This document shows positions 1 to 10,177 of a stretch of DNA of 44,537 nt, one piece after another. The stretch spans positions 1 to 44,537 of the forward strand of contig JABCSY010000024.1 of assembly GCA_018238625.1 (NCBI GenBank), written 5' to 3'. Below the pieces are notes generated by a model. It did not search any database. It saw only the letters and a list, made by a program, of their open reading frames with translations, and was not told the origin of the DNA. The translations under genes and the position numbers were made by a program. This DNA is from Promethearchaeota archaeon (lineage in GTDB: Archaea; Asgardarchaeota; Lokiarchaeia; Sigyniarchaeales; SOKP01). The number at the start of each line of letters is the position of its first letter. Within the stretch, counting starts at the first letter, position 1.

Positions 1-664
1 TATTCCCAACTGATTTTCTTACGTAAATTGAAGGATCTTTCCTTAAAATTGTTAGAATATCTAAGACAATATCGTTTTTAGAGGGGTCTCTGAGCCATTT
101 GATGTCAGCTCTGGGTCTCAAGCTCTCTGAAACTAGCCTTCGCAGGTTTTCATTATCATTTCTTGTTAATTCTAATAAATATTCAAGGCATTCTTCTGGA
201 ATTTTTTTTAAAGCAGCAAGAATGGCTTCTCCAGTGCTTTCTCTTATCTGCCACTCTTCATAATTTGCCCAACGAGTAATTAAAGGTTTAGCTTTCTCAA
301 ATTCATATGGAAATTGATAAATAGATTCTGCAAAAATATATAACGCAAGATGTTGGGTTTTTACATCATCGATATCCTCTCCGTAATTGAATAAATTTTC
401 CGAGAAAGCCAAAAAATCTTCAGATTCTTTTTTGAATTCCTCTTTCAAGAAGAGAACCATAGCCTTCGATATATATCTTGAGACATACACGGCTCCCTTT
501 CCAATTCTCTCTTTTTCGGGGATAATTCTATACTCATTCTGAAAAAACTCATTTACTTCAGCCAGTATTGGAGAATTATTTGTTTTTAGATCCCAATTTT
601 TAATATTTTTACAAAACTCAAGAGTTCGCTCTTTTATAAGCGTGGCAGAGCTAATTGAAGGCAT
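1..664 (-). CDS. DNA alkylation repair / HEAT-repeat protein (AlkD-like), partial, runs off the window start
   Basis: Hand translation from ATG at 664: MPSISSATLIKERT...RWANYEEWQIRESTGE...DNENLRRLVSESLRPR...LRKDPSIYVRKSVGN. These HEAT-like repeats are typical of the family. It starts 11 nt after the stop of the upstream gene. Confidence 0.75.
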   Translation of the reverse strand, partial: MPSISSATLIKERTLEFCKNIKNWDLKTNNSPILAEVNEFFQNEYRIIPEKERIGKGAVYVSRYISKAMVLFLKEEFKKESEDFLAFSENLFNYGEDIDDVKTQHLALYIFAESIYQFPYEFEKAKPLITRWANYEEWQIRESTGEAILAALKKIPEECLEYLLELTRNDNENLRRLVSESLRPRADIKWLRDPSKNDIVLDILTILRKDPSIYVRKSVGN

Positions 665-675
665 GAGGTCTATTA

Positions 676-2142
676 TTACTTGGTCAATTTTATCTTAATA
701 TATAAGTTAAATGTTCGAGGACCAAATGTTACTAAAATATAAAAATTTTCACGTCCGCCAATTTCCAACCTTCCATCGACTATTGGTAAGGTCAATTGTC
801 GGCTTCCATAAGTGCTCGCCAATTCGTGGTCGAAATGATTAAAATCCGCACGATTTTCGAGCGCTCTTACGGTATGCAGGAATGGGGCGCTGTCTCTGGA
901 AGAGATTTCAGCAAACATGTAATGTAAATCGAGATAATTCCCATATTCGTGTTCATTAATAATTAAACTGGTGGTAGTATGGTAAGATCTAATGAATAAT
1001 TCTCCACTTTTTAAATCTGAATTTTCTTCTAAACTTCTTTTAAAAATCTCCTTTATAATATCAGTTAAAAATAATAATTGAGTTATCGCATAGCTTCTTA
1101 ATTTTAATTTATATTCAATAATCAATTCATTATTGTTTTCAACCCTGTTAATTTGATTGATTTCTTTAATTGGTTTAAATAAATTAGGATCAATTTCACT
1201 TTTAAAATTAGTAAGATTTAATCTGTTTACATTTCTAAAAGCCCATGTTCTTAATATATTCTTTTGAGAAAAATTTAAAACTTCAGTAGCTTCTAAGAAT
1301 CCTCTTTTCATTTGAGCAATTTCCAAGGTTGGAGTTGCGCTTCCTATTGTTATTCTATGCCACGCATTTTGAATAAAACCTTTAAGCGAAAAAATTTGGT
1401 TAAAACAACCAGTTGGTGTCATACCTCCAAAACATCGCGGTTCGATTTCAATCCATAAGCTATTGTATAATTTTAAAAGCTGATAGTACAACATAAAATC
1501 TCCAGAAAAATCTAGCCCACTCAAAATAATTCTGATATTGTCTGAATTATTTGATAAAAACGACTTTATTTTGTCATAGGTAGTGTATTCTGGATGGTTC
1601 TCTTGAAAGTTCATATTTCCAATATCAATTTTAACGAAATAATCTTTTTCTTTGCAATAACTGATTAAGGCGTTTAATTTTTGATTGTTTGGGTTATTAA
1701 TTTCTAATTTGATAAAAGAAGGATAAATAACTACACCGACAACTGGAATTTGATTTTCGATAGTTTTTATCTCTGAAATCACATCATTGCTAAGATCAAA
1801 AGATAATATCGCTTTAAATAAATTTGGCTCTTTTTTTACTACTGAGATTACATCTTCATTAGTAATACCGTAAGATCTTTGTAAATTCATAGCTTGAACT
1901 AATCCATATGTTATATCTGAGCTAATTAATTCTACTTTTTCGTCTTCTAAACTAATTTGTCTGTGATAGAAGTAATGGTGCCCATCCTTACTCTTAAGGT
2001 CTAACAGGTTTTTTAAAGCGTCTGAACGCCCGACATCACTAAAAATTGGCCAAATTAAGGAGTCTATTTGACCGTAGATAAACGCATTTGCGTATCTTGC
2101 TCCAAAAATAGAACTAAAATCCGGTTGGTATAATCTTTCCAT
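676..2142 (-). CDS. Fusion: amidohydrolase-like (TIM barrel) domain plus C-terminal YjbQ/UPF0047 domain
   Basis: C-terminal SYHTTTSLIINE and LPIVDGRLEIGGRENFYILVTFGPR match the YjbQ pattern. N-terminal TNEDV..VVKKEP, GVVIYP and ITIGSATP resemble a degenerate Amidohydro_2 domain. Confidence 0.65.
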   Translation of the reverse strand: MERLYQPDFSSIFGARYANAFIYGQIDSLIWPIFSDVGRSDALKNLLDLKSKDGHHYFYHRQISLEDEKVELISSDITYGLVQAMNLQRSYGITNEDVISVVKKEPNLFKAILSFDLSNDVISEIKTIENQIPVVGVVIYPSFIKLEINNPNNQKLNALISYCKEKDYFVKIDIGNMNFQENHPEYTTYDKIKSFLSNNSDNIRIILSGLDFSGDFMLYYQLLKLYNSLWIEIEPRCFGGMTPTGCFNQIFSLKGFIQNAWHRITIGSATPTLEIAQMKRGFLEATEVLNFSQKNILRTWAFRNVNRLNLTNFKSEIDPNLFKPIKEINQINRVENNNELIIEYKLKLRSYAITQLLFLTDIIKEIFKRSLEENSDLKSGELFIRSYHTTTSLIINEHEYGNYLDLHYMFAEISSRDSAPFLHTVRALENRADFNHFDHELASTYGSRQLTLPIVDGRLEIGGRENFYILVTFGPRTFNLYIKIKLTK

Positions 2143-2264
2143 TTTAAAATCCTTTCTTTAATAGTCGATGTATTATTATTAAATTCTGCAAATATATATT
2201 TTTAAAATAGGAAATCAAATAATAATTATTAGGTTAATTTCACCTAATATTTTACGACTAAACT

Positions 2265-4250
2265 ATGATTGATCTACAACTTGGAAATTATCCAATTATT
2301 ATTAAACCAAATTTAGGAAATCCAATTTTATTGAATTTAAGGGATTACAAAAACCGAGACCAAGTTCCATTTAATAACTTGTCGTTCGAAGCTCTAGTAA
2401 TAGCATCTCCTTCTCATTCAACTAAAAAAGTTTTGGAACACTTCCATTTGAACATCTTTATCCAGCCAATTTTAAAAGATAACGGCGATTTTTCGGAAAG
2501 ACGAGGAGATCTAATTGCTTTACATATGGTTGAAATCGAAAAAATTGAAAAGTTAGATTTTAGAGATCAGCCAGTTTTAGAGGAGTTAAATTGCGTAGTA
2601 TGGGATATTAATAATTGTGTTTTTCAATTTGACGATGTTTTTGGAAAAAGAAGCACGCTTTACAGAGTAAGGTTTCAAATAAAAGACATTAAAATTATTG
2701 AAAATTTGTTAAAAAACTCTGAAAGAGATTGTTTATTGTTTGATATCGTTCATGACATCCCAAACTTGAGCGAAAATAAAGTTAATTACCATAGTATCGC
2801 TATTTACGATAAAGATTGGATAGATTTTAGCTTTATTCACGCCACAGATCTTCATATTGCTAGGAGAAATGACTATATTTTAAATTACCTAAAACAAAAT
2901 GCAAAAGCTAAAGTAAAAAATTGTGGTGGTAACGAAAAAAAAATAGCAAAAGTAAACAAATTTATTCTAACGCGAGATTTTGAACTCAAGGAAGAATTCC
3001 AAGACGATAGAATCGAAGAATTAAGAACGGCAAAATATAATTTTAATTATAATCTGAGAAAATTAATTAATTTTACCAATAATAAGGTTTTAGAAAAGGA
3101 TTTAGATTTTGTTCTAATAACGGGTGATATAATAGATTATCTTGATACCGCGAGAGGAAATTATCATTACAAGAATAATTTTCACGTTTTTATTGATATA
3201 TTACTTGGATTAAATAGGGGTTTAGAAGAACCTCCCTATTTAGGAAAAGATGAGGAGTTCGTTAATAAACAAGAAATTATGGTCCCGATTTTTACCACTA
3301 TTGGAAATCACGACTATCGTAAAAACCACTACGGCATTAAATTTGGCCATGTTCATAAAATATTTGGTATGACCCATTCAGATGTGAAAGGATATAACGA
3401 CATCAAATTTTATAATTACTTTGCTATACTTCAATCTAACGATAAATTTTTAAAAGATTATTTTAGGTATATAAATCCTAATCTTAATTTTAAGCTTAAA
3501 ATTGGAGATCAGTATAATTTCATATTTCTTGACACTGGCCAGGACTCTATAGCTGACGCTCACGACTTAATCAAAGGTGCCCCAAGTACTAAGGGAATTA
3601 AAGAATATCAAGTCGACTTATTACGTGCATACATAAGATTAGCTCATAACGAGAAAGTTATTGTTGTCATGCATACTCCTCCAATTTCTCCCAATCTTAG
3701 TTATCTTAAAAGAAGAAAATATAGAAAAAAATTAAAGATTAAAGGTAGACCGCTAAATTGGTCAGATTTTTACGAAAGTAATTTAAGAAAATATAACGAT
3801 ACTGGAAGGTTAGATACCGTTTTAAACTTAAAATATCAAACAATAATGTATAATTGGGCCACCCTTTTGAGAATTTTTACGGGATCAGATAAGATTATTA
3901 GAAGGAAAGTAGATTTCGTTATGTGTGGCCACACACATACTTTAAAAGAGTATCGGTTAAAAGAAACAAAAGAAACTGATCGAATAAATTTTGGTTTTTG
4001 GTTTTTCCCAATTTATATCGAAATACCTTGTGAAATTTACACTTCCCGGTACCGAGATAAATTTAAAGAGATTAAAGATCCCTTTGATTTAAAGGCTTGG
4101 TTTGACGTAAATAAACCTTTTGTATTTCAAACCCAAGCACTCGGTCCTCTTTCTGCTAAATTTAAATTTAAACCGCCAGGTTTTAGATATTATATTATTA
4201 AAAATAATCAAATGGTTAGAGCTAAAGTCTTTTCATTACATTTAAAGTGA
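2265..4250 (+). CDS. Calcineurin-like metallophosphoesterase with long N-terminal extension
   Basis: Motifs in order: HATDLH, TGDIID, GNHD, MHTPP, CGHTH. Confidence 0.85.
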   Translation: MIDLQLGNYPIIIKPNLGNPILLNLRDYKNRDQVPFNNLSFEALVIASPSHSTKKVLEHFHLNIFIQPILKDNGDFSERRGDLIALHMVEIEKIEKLDFRDQPVLEELNCVVWDINNCVFQFDDVFGKRSTLYRVRFQIKDIKIIENLLKNSERDCLLFDIVHDIPNLSENKVNYHSIAIYDKDWIDFSFIHATDLHIARRNDYILNYLKQNAKAKVKNCGGNEKKIAKVNKFILTRDFELKEEFQDDRIEELRTAKYNFNYNLRKLINFTNNKVLEKDLDFVLITGDIIDYLDTARGNYHYKNNFHVFIDILLGLNRGLEEPPYLGKDEEFVNKQEIMVPIFTTIGNHDYRKNHYGIKFGHVHKIFGMTHSDVKGYNDIKFYNYFAILQSNDKFLKDYFRYINPNLNFKLKIGDQYNFIFLDTGQDSIADAHDLIKGAPSTKGIKEYQVDLLRAYIRLAHNEKVIVVMHTPPISPNLSYLKRRKYRKKLKIKGRPLNWSDFYESNLRKYNDTGRLDTVLNLKYQTIMYNWATLLRIFTGSDKIIRRKVDFVMCGHTHTLKEYRLKETKETDRINFGFWFFPIYIEIPCEIYTSRYRDKFKEIKDPFDLKAWFDVNKPFVFQTQALGPLSAKFKFKPPGFRYYIIKNNQMVRAKVFSLHLK

Positions 4251-4273
4251 AGTGATTTGTTGCCGTTTTTTAA

Positions 4274-5239
4274 TTAACTTTCTATTAGTTCTATTACTTC
4301 TTCATACGATGTATTTGACATAGGTCCAAAAAATTTTACTTTAAGAGCTCCAACAGCGTTTGCAAATAAACCAATTCTTTTTAGATCCCATCCAGTTAAA
4401 TATCCAACAATAAATGCTCCCCCAAACGAGTCACCTGCTCCAGTAGGGTCTATTTCTTTTACGCTAAATCCGGGAACGTTTATTCCATCAACTATCCCCG
4501 AAGAAAATATTTGGCACCCTTCTTTTCCTTTTTTTAAAACAACTAATTTGGGACCCATCTCCAGTAATTTCTTACAGGCTTTTTTCTCTCCTTTCACGCC
4601 AGCTAACATTTCTGCTTCTTCACCACTTGGGAATAAAACGGTTGTCTTTTCTAACACTGGTTTCGATATTTTTATAACTGTTTTTAAATCTAACATTTCT
4701 GGTCTTAAATTTGGATCAAAAGAGATAATAACTTGTGGATTTATTGATTTGGCAATCTCTATTGCTTTATAACACGACTCTCGGGAGCTTTCACTTATAG
4801 AAAGAGAACTACCCATAATGTGAAGAGCTTTAACGTTTGAAAAATATGCTCTTTCAAGATCGTTAGGAAATATTTGTTCTGCGGCACCTGCAGAAAAAAT
4901 GAATTTCCGAGAACCATCTGAATTATATTGATTAAACGCAATTCCAGTGGTTCTGTTTTCAATAACTTTTATTTTAGATACATCAACATTGTCATTTTTT
5001 AATTTCTCAATTATAGTTCCACCAAACTCGTCATTTCCAACGGCGCCTATAAACCCCGTTGACAAATTAAATGGTACTGACATCCGAGCTGCAGAATCTA
5101 TGAAAATTGCTGGGGCTCCACTTGGAAATGGCCCCTTATAAGAAGCCCCAGTTATCCCATGAGGCGTATCAACTTCCGTACGCATTATCTCGACTAATAG
5201 CTCTCCCAAACAAATGATGTTAGGACTCATTTTTATCAA
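4274..5239 (-). CDS. PfkB/ribokinase-family sugar kinase
   Basis: SGAPAI, GAVGNDEFG, SFDPNLR, and the DPTGAGDSFGGAF signature. Confidence 0.92.
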   Translation of the reverse strand: MIKMSPNIICLGELLVEIMRTEVDTPHGITGASYKGPFPSGAPAIFIDSAARMSVPFNLSTGFIGAVGNDEFGGTIIEKLKNDNVDVSKIKVIENRTTGIAFNQYNSDGSRKFIFSAGAAEQIFPNDLERAYFSNVKALHIMGSSLSISESSRESCYKAIEIAKSINPQVIISFDPNLRPEMLDLKTVIKISKPVLEKTTVLFPSGEEAEMLAGVKGEKKACKKLLEMGPKLVVLKKGKEGCQIFSSGIVDGINVPGFSVKEIDPTGAGDSFGGAFIVGYLTGWDLKRIGLFANAVGALKVKFFGPMSNTSYEEVIELIES

Positions 5240-5391
5240 TTTCTATTTATACCATTAAAATACGTTAATTTAACAGAGTAAGTAATAAAATTTAATATTT
5301 TAGAAGCTATAACTTATTTTTTACATTGACTTATTTTTGTAGAATCAGATTCTTTGCGGAGTAAGAATAAAGATATAATTCCTATTAAATA

Positions 5392-7143
5392 TTATACAAT
5401 TCTAAAAAAAATATCCACAAAAAAGATAATGAGAGGACACATTATTAAGCAGTATAACGCCATGCTACTTTTATAAAATTTTGATATATACATAACTAAC
5501 TGTCTAATATAAAAAGTAATTACTCCAAATAAAATAAAAAACCCAATGTGGGAAACTATGCCTCCAAGTAATGGGGATGGTGAAATTGGAACGAATCCAA
5601 CGAAGATTAGCAAAGAAACTAATCTTATTATCATTAAAAAGTAAATGTGTTTAGGATTAAATTCTCTTAAAAATAGATAATCCATAACTCCTGAACCCAA
5701 TCCCATTACTATATAAAAAAACATTGATGTGTTCAAGATGGGAATAATCGATTTGATCATAATAGTAGCATTTAGATTGTAGATAATTAAAAACATAACC
5801 ATCGGTATTGATATCGCTAAGATTGTGTACAAAAATAACGGAGCATCGTGTTTAATCCAATTTTTCCATTCATCCTTCCAATTTGAATGTAATTCGCTTG
5901 GTATAAAAAGGAGAATGATGAGAATAATTAAAGGATAGAGCCCAAAATAACCGTACATTAAGGAAACGTTAAAATTTAAACATAAAATCCCTGTAAGAAG
6001 AGCTGTAAGAAGGTAAGCACTGGAGCGATATACAATCATTTTTTTGTATTTTTTACTTGCGGTTAATTCGTCAAATGGCGACTTCTCTCTCGGTAATCTT
6101 TCCCAAAAAGGCTGAATTTTAAATAGGATCGCTTGAATACTTATTCCTATAAACAATAAAAGTGAAGCAATAATAATTGTGTTTTCTGAAATATTACTAT
6201 CGGGGTAGGCAAAAGGATATAAACTTATATTGGCAATTTCGGAATCTAGATTAGAAATGTCAATTGAAGAATTGAAAAAATAATGTTCAAACCAAGCCAG
6301 CGAAAATGTTAAAGAAGCATGGTCGTATTCATTATCAATATGGCTTAACCCGGGTCTTAATTTTAATTCAATATCAGTTCTATTTTCCCCGTTCAAAAGC
6401 GAGTAAAAACCGATACTCGACTCAGGAGATATTAAAGTATCGCTTGTTCCGTGAATAAGCAATAAATTTTCTGTGTTTGTTTCGTTCGCAATATCGTAAG
6501 CATCTTGAATTTCTTCTAATCTTGTTACGGTAGGAGTAGTACCGATTAGGTTCTGGAATGGAAAGGTACTTAAGAATAAGTCAAGAGACGCTAATGGATG
6601 ATATAACACAGAAGCATAAATTCTATCGTCTATTGCTTGAAGAATGGCGCCAATTCCACCTCCATAAGAGAACGCAAATAAAGCAACGTGAGAAATGTTT
6701 GGAAAAGAGTAATTATTCTCAACATAGTCAAGAATTTCTACCATGTCGTATGGTTCCTTTCCCAAAAACCCACTTGGTCCTGTAGATTCTCCGTGACCCC
6801 TTTGTTCAACTGAAAAAACGACAAAACCTCTTTTAACAAGCTGATATGCTTTATATAGGTTATCTTCTTTTCGAGAATTTATGCCATTTAACATCAAAAC
6901 CATTGGCACGGAATTATTATCGACATTATAGAGATTATCATCGATATACATCACGCTTTTTATTGAGGCGCCATCTCGCATTTCTACAGAAAACTTTTCG
7001 TATAGAATATTTTCATCTCGAAAAAAATCTATTCTGTCAACACCTAAAGAAACAGCTGCGATAATAGAAACTACTGATAAAATAATCCCAAAAATGATAA
7101 GTAAAATTGATATCTGTTTTAGTAATTTTCTGCTTATCTGCAT
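5392..7143 (-). CDS. Membrane-bound alpha/beta hydrolase (N-terminal TM, hydrolase domain, multi-TM C-terminus)
   Basis: EQRGHGES, nucleophile elbow AFSYGG, LLIHGTSD, GLSH; hydrophobic C-terminal half. Confidence 0.8.
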   Translation of the reverse strand: MQISRKLLKQISILLIIFGIILSVVSIIAAVSLGVDRIDFFRDENILYEKFSVEMRDGASIKSVMYIDDNLYNVDNNSVPMVLMLNGINSRKEDNLYKAYQLVKRGFVVFSVEQRGHGESTGPSGFLGKEPYDMVEILDYVENNYSFPNISHVALFAFSYGGGIGAILQAIDDRIYASVLYHPLASLDLFLSTFPFQNLIGTTPTVTRLEEIQDAYDIANETNTENLLLIHGTSDTLISPESSIGFYSLLNGENRTDIELKLRPGLSHIDNEYDHASLTFSLAWFEHYFFNSSIDISNLDSEIANISLYPFAYPDSNISENTIIIASLLLFIGISIQAILFKIQPFWERLPREKSPFDELTASKKYKKMIVYRSSAYLLTALLTGILCLNFNVSLMYGYFGLYPLIILIILLFIPSELHSNWKDEWKNWIKHDAPLFLYTILAISIPMVMFLIIYNLNATIMIKSIIPILNTSMFFYIVMGLGSGVMDYLFLREFNPKHIYFLMIIRLVSLLIFVGFVPISPSPLLGGIVSHIGFFILFGVITFYIRQLVMYISKFYKSSMALYCLIMCPLIIFFVDIFFRIV

Positions 7144-7264
7144 CTAAATTACTAATTTTCTCTAATTAATATAATTGTAGCTTTTATTTTATTTAAAACA
7201 AGCTTTTATAACAGTATAAACCTTATTTAATTAACAATTCACTCTATTTACAAAGGCTCAATTT

Positions 7265-7519
7265 ATGGAATCAAAGTGCGATATGTGCGAAAAACCAGCC
7301 GTTGCTACTTGTTCAAAGTGCGGAATTCCACTTTGTAGCGAACATATCGAACACGGTGTTTCGTTAAGAACCAACGCCCCAACAATAGATTGCCCTAGTT
7401 GTCAAGTAAAGATGAGTAGAAAGGTTAAAAAGAAATCATATGTTTTGGCTATTGTTTTTGTAGTTATTACAGTTATTGTCATTCTTTACTTCAACAACAT
7501 ATTCGGATTTTTTGCATAA
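7265..7519 (+). CDS. Small zinc-finger protein with C-terminal TM anchor
   Basis: CDMC..CSKC...LCSEH...CPSC, then a basic patch and a terminal hydrophobic helix. Confidence 0.75.
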   Translation: MESKCDMCEKPAVATCSKCGIPLCSEHIEHGVSLRTNAPTIDCPSCQVKMSRKVKKKSYVLAIVFVVITVIVILYFNNIFGFFA

Positions 7520-7605
7520 AATGTAAATCCTTTTTGAAAAGATTATTTCGTATTTAAACATTCAAATATTGAATTTCTTTAGATTAATTTTAAATATAAA
7601 AAAAA

Positions 7606-7637
7606 CTTAATTGATAATCCCCACTCTCTCGACAAAA
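7606..7637. repeat. IS terminal inverted repeat
   Basis: CTTAATTGATAAtcccCACTCtCtCGACAAAA. Confidence 0.85.
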
Positions 7638-7641
7638 TCAT

Positions 7642-9291
7642 TTAGGTGCCCCCTACTTGTCGTAGATGATCCTCAAAAAGTGCGATGTTTCCCGTGTCAA
7701 CTTCCCTGATCTTCCAAGTACGCCTGATAGTTGCATACTGTGCCACGAATTTCCTCCTATGGGATTCTATAAGCGGTGTTTCGCTCGCTAATAGCACCTC
7801 GCTGACGTTCTTCTTAGAATAATCTATGTCTAATAGCTGAGAATATAGTCCTCCGTGCTCGAGAAAGATTCTTGATATATTTTCACGCCCCAAAAGTGCT
7901 TTAAAATGATGCTTACTACGATGGAATAATTGTTCCTTGGCATTGTTAGTAAACTCCAGCTCGTCATCATCGTAAGCCACGAATAACCCTTCGCTGTATG
8001 AATTAACTAGTCGTATCCACTGCTGCCACACTTCTTCACAAGATAAATTGTAGGAAGGTTGCTGCCATTTTATATTACGAGGGTCATTCTCTATTTCTCG
8101 CCTCTTCAAACGACTCTGAAGCATATATACCCATTTATCAATTAACTTCTTGATATGCGTTGATCTATTTTTTCTCTTTCTAAAGATTTCTTGAACTTGC
8201 ACGAGATCTGGAATCAAGGACATGATTTCGTCACTTAGTTGTTGTGTTTCTAAGAGTAAGTTAGTTAACGCCCCGATCACTGACTTAAGCGATCGGGAAA
8301 CCCTTGGGCTGAGAGAAAAGGCTTGGAAAGGCTTTAGTCTTTCAAGAACATGCTTTAGATTAGCGTGACACTCAACTCCAGGAAATGTTTTAAATCGATC
8401 CCCGCGTGTGGAAATGGCACATTTTAACTCCTCACTAACAGGTAAGAAGAGCTTATATAAATCGTTTGAATCTGCTAACTTGCTATTGATAACTATGGAA
8501 AACTGCCGAACCGCCTTTTTAAGCGTTGTTTTGAGGTGAGAATCCTTTGAAGCAATGGGCTCAATGACATGGTTGAGGAAATGATACTGACAATAGACAT
8601 GAGGGATTTCTGGCTTGAATGTTTTAACAGCATTCACGATATTTCGTTGTTTATCAGATATGACGGCTACTATTGGTACGCTAAAAAGGGTTTCTATCTC
8701 CTTAAAATTGTCCACTAGCCTGAATGCTGGGGCGGAATCCAAATTTCTCGCTAAGAGCACATGTCCTGTAAGGCGGTCTGAAAATACCCAGAGAGAAGGC
8801 TCATTCTTGACGGGTTGGGCACCATCAAGCGATAGGACAATTCTTCCGTTTGATTTCACCTCATTAAGGACTTTTTCATCCATATATTGCTTACCTGCCA
8901 TCTCAAAATATTCGCAGATGTGCTTGACAGTCCCTCTCGAGATTGAGACGGTCCAATCGTCCCACATAAGCTCTACGATAAGCGAGTAATTAAGATGGTG
9001 CTTAAAATGGTGTTGTATTACTTTAGCCCATACATCCAGAGCAAATCGCTTGCGCTGAATAACAGATGGGCAAACGGCAGGAAAAGCTTCGTGCATTTCG
9101 CAATCACGATTAGTACAACTATAATAATTTGTAATCACCCATAGAGACCCCTTTAAAGTCTCAACTTTACGCCCTCCGTTATTAAATTCGTGTTGGAGCC
9201 TTGAAGAGCAAAGTGGACAAGTAAAACCTTCGGTAGAATCCCAATATGTATATCTCGTGGCCGCGTGAATGTCGTTAGGTTTTGCGGGCAT
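7642..9291 (-). CDS. DDE transposase
   Basis: N-terminal CPLC...C....C..H zinc finger, HTH (VSISRGTV), LSLDG, ISDKQ, CQYH, TNNAKE. Confidence 0.9.
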   Translation of the reverse strand: MPAKPNDIHAATRYTYWDSTEGFTCPLCSSRLQHEFNNGGRKVETLKGSLWVITNYYSCTNRDCEMHEAFPAVCPSVIQRKRFALDVWAKVIQHHFKHHLNYSLIVELMWDDWTVSISRGTVKHICEYFEMAGKQYMDEKVLNEVKSNGRIVLSLDGAQPVKNEPSLWVFSDRLTGHVLLARNLDSAPAFRLVDNFKEIETLFSVPIVAVISDKQRNIVNAVKTFKPEIPHVYCQYHFLNHVIEPIASKDSHLKTTLKKAVRQFSIVINSKLADSNDLYKLFLPVSEELKCAISTRGDRFKTFPGVECHANLKHVLERLKPFQAFSLSPRVSRSLKSVIGALTNLLLETQQLSDEIMSLIPDLVQVQEIFRKRKNRSTHIKKLIDKWVYMLQSRLKRREIENDPRNIKWQQPSYNLSCEEVWQQWIRLVNSYSEGLFVAYDDDELEFTNNAKEQLFHRSKHHFKALLGRENISRIFLEHGGLYSQLLDIDYSKKNVSEVLLASETPLIESHRRKFVAQYATIRRTWKIREVDTGNIALFEDHLRQVGGT

Positions 9292-9352
9292 TAAGTATAA
9301 TAAGTTAAATACGAAGATAAATGTTACTATTTTAAGTTCCGCCCGAGATCGT

Positions 9353-9384
9353 TTTTGTCGGGTGAGTGTAATTTATCAATTAAG
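9353..9384. repeat. IS terminal inverted repeat
   Basis: Reverse complement reads CTTAATTGATAAattaCACTCaCcCGACAAAA. Confidence 0.85.
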
Positions 9385-9532
9385 AAAAAAAAGATATATA
9401 GAATGGAGGAATGTTGGTTTAGGTGTGGTCATTCGAGAAGCCATTTATCTAAACTTATTCTTCCTTTTTCTATACATTTAATTAAGACAATTTTTTTCCT
9501 TTTATTTGTTATAGTACTTGCCCTTGACCTTT

Positions 9533-10177
9533 TTAGTGGAAAAAGACGAATTCTACAGGCCACATTCCGGGATAAAATGGGTGTCCCTCTGGTTTGGTGA
9601 GCCCAACTTGGACCACTTTTACCTTCGCAGTGGCTCCAGGAGCGAAACCCTGTTCAATTGCTGCATCGTCATCTATAAATACCCCAGTACCACTCGCCGT
9701 TATATGCGAAAATGGACCTTCGCCAGCACCTAAAAACCATACTTCAAAAAGAGATGGTACAGGACCACCAAATTCTCCCTCAACAATTACGGTTGCTGTG
9801 AAAGTATAATCCATTTCTCCTATAAATATCATTCTTTCTTGAGACCAATAAGCAACCAACATCATTGCACCTTTTACGTGCAAATTGATTTTATACAAAA
9901 TTCGTCCGTCTTTCAAGTCTCTCTCGAGTACAGAACCATGATGTTCACAATTCGTGATGTTTTCTGTGCCTGGAGGAGTTACCCAAAACCCATGAGGGAA
10001 AACGATTAAATCAGATACGGGATCCGCCCATGCTGCTACACCTGTGAGATCGTTAGTGTCAGTAAAGTCCGAAATTGGTCTAACGTTTGCTTTTCCTACT
10101 ACTGCTGGCATAAAGCTTAACATGCAAATTCCCAAAGTCGCTACTAGAATTATTTTTGTTTTTTTCATTTTCTTCAT
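9533..10177 (-). CDS. Hypothetical secreted beta-rich protein
   Basis: Signal-peptide-like MKKMKKTKIILVATLGICMLSFMPAVVG suggests a start at 10177 or 10168 rather than 10231. Confidence 0.7.
   Translation of the reverse strand: MKKMKKTKIILVATLGICMLSFMPAVVGKANVRPISDFTDTNDLTGVAAWADPVSDLIVFPHGFWVTPPGTENITNCEHHGSVLERDLKDGRILYKINLHVKGAMMLVAYWSQERMIFIGEMDYTFTATVIVEGEFGGPVPSLFEVWFLGAGEGPFSHITASGTGVFIDDDAAIEQGFAPGATAKVKVVQVGLTKPEGHPFYPGMWPVEFVFFH

Larger units (their letters stand above)
7606..9384 (-). mobile_element. Insertion sequence, 1779 bp, DDE transposase of the C/DxxH group (IS256/ISL3/ISH6/MULE-like)
   Basis: 32-bp imperfect terminal inverted repeats (26/32 identical) at 7606-7637 and 9353-9384. 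Flanked on each side by exactly eight A (7598-7605, 9385-9392). GC-richer than the flanks. Confidence 0.88.

Noticed and set aside
9269-9600. ORFs 9269-9481 and 9355-9600
   Set aside because: They span the IS end and flanking DNA, so they are unlikely to be genes.
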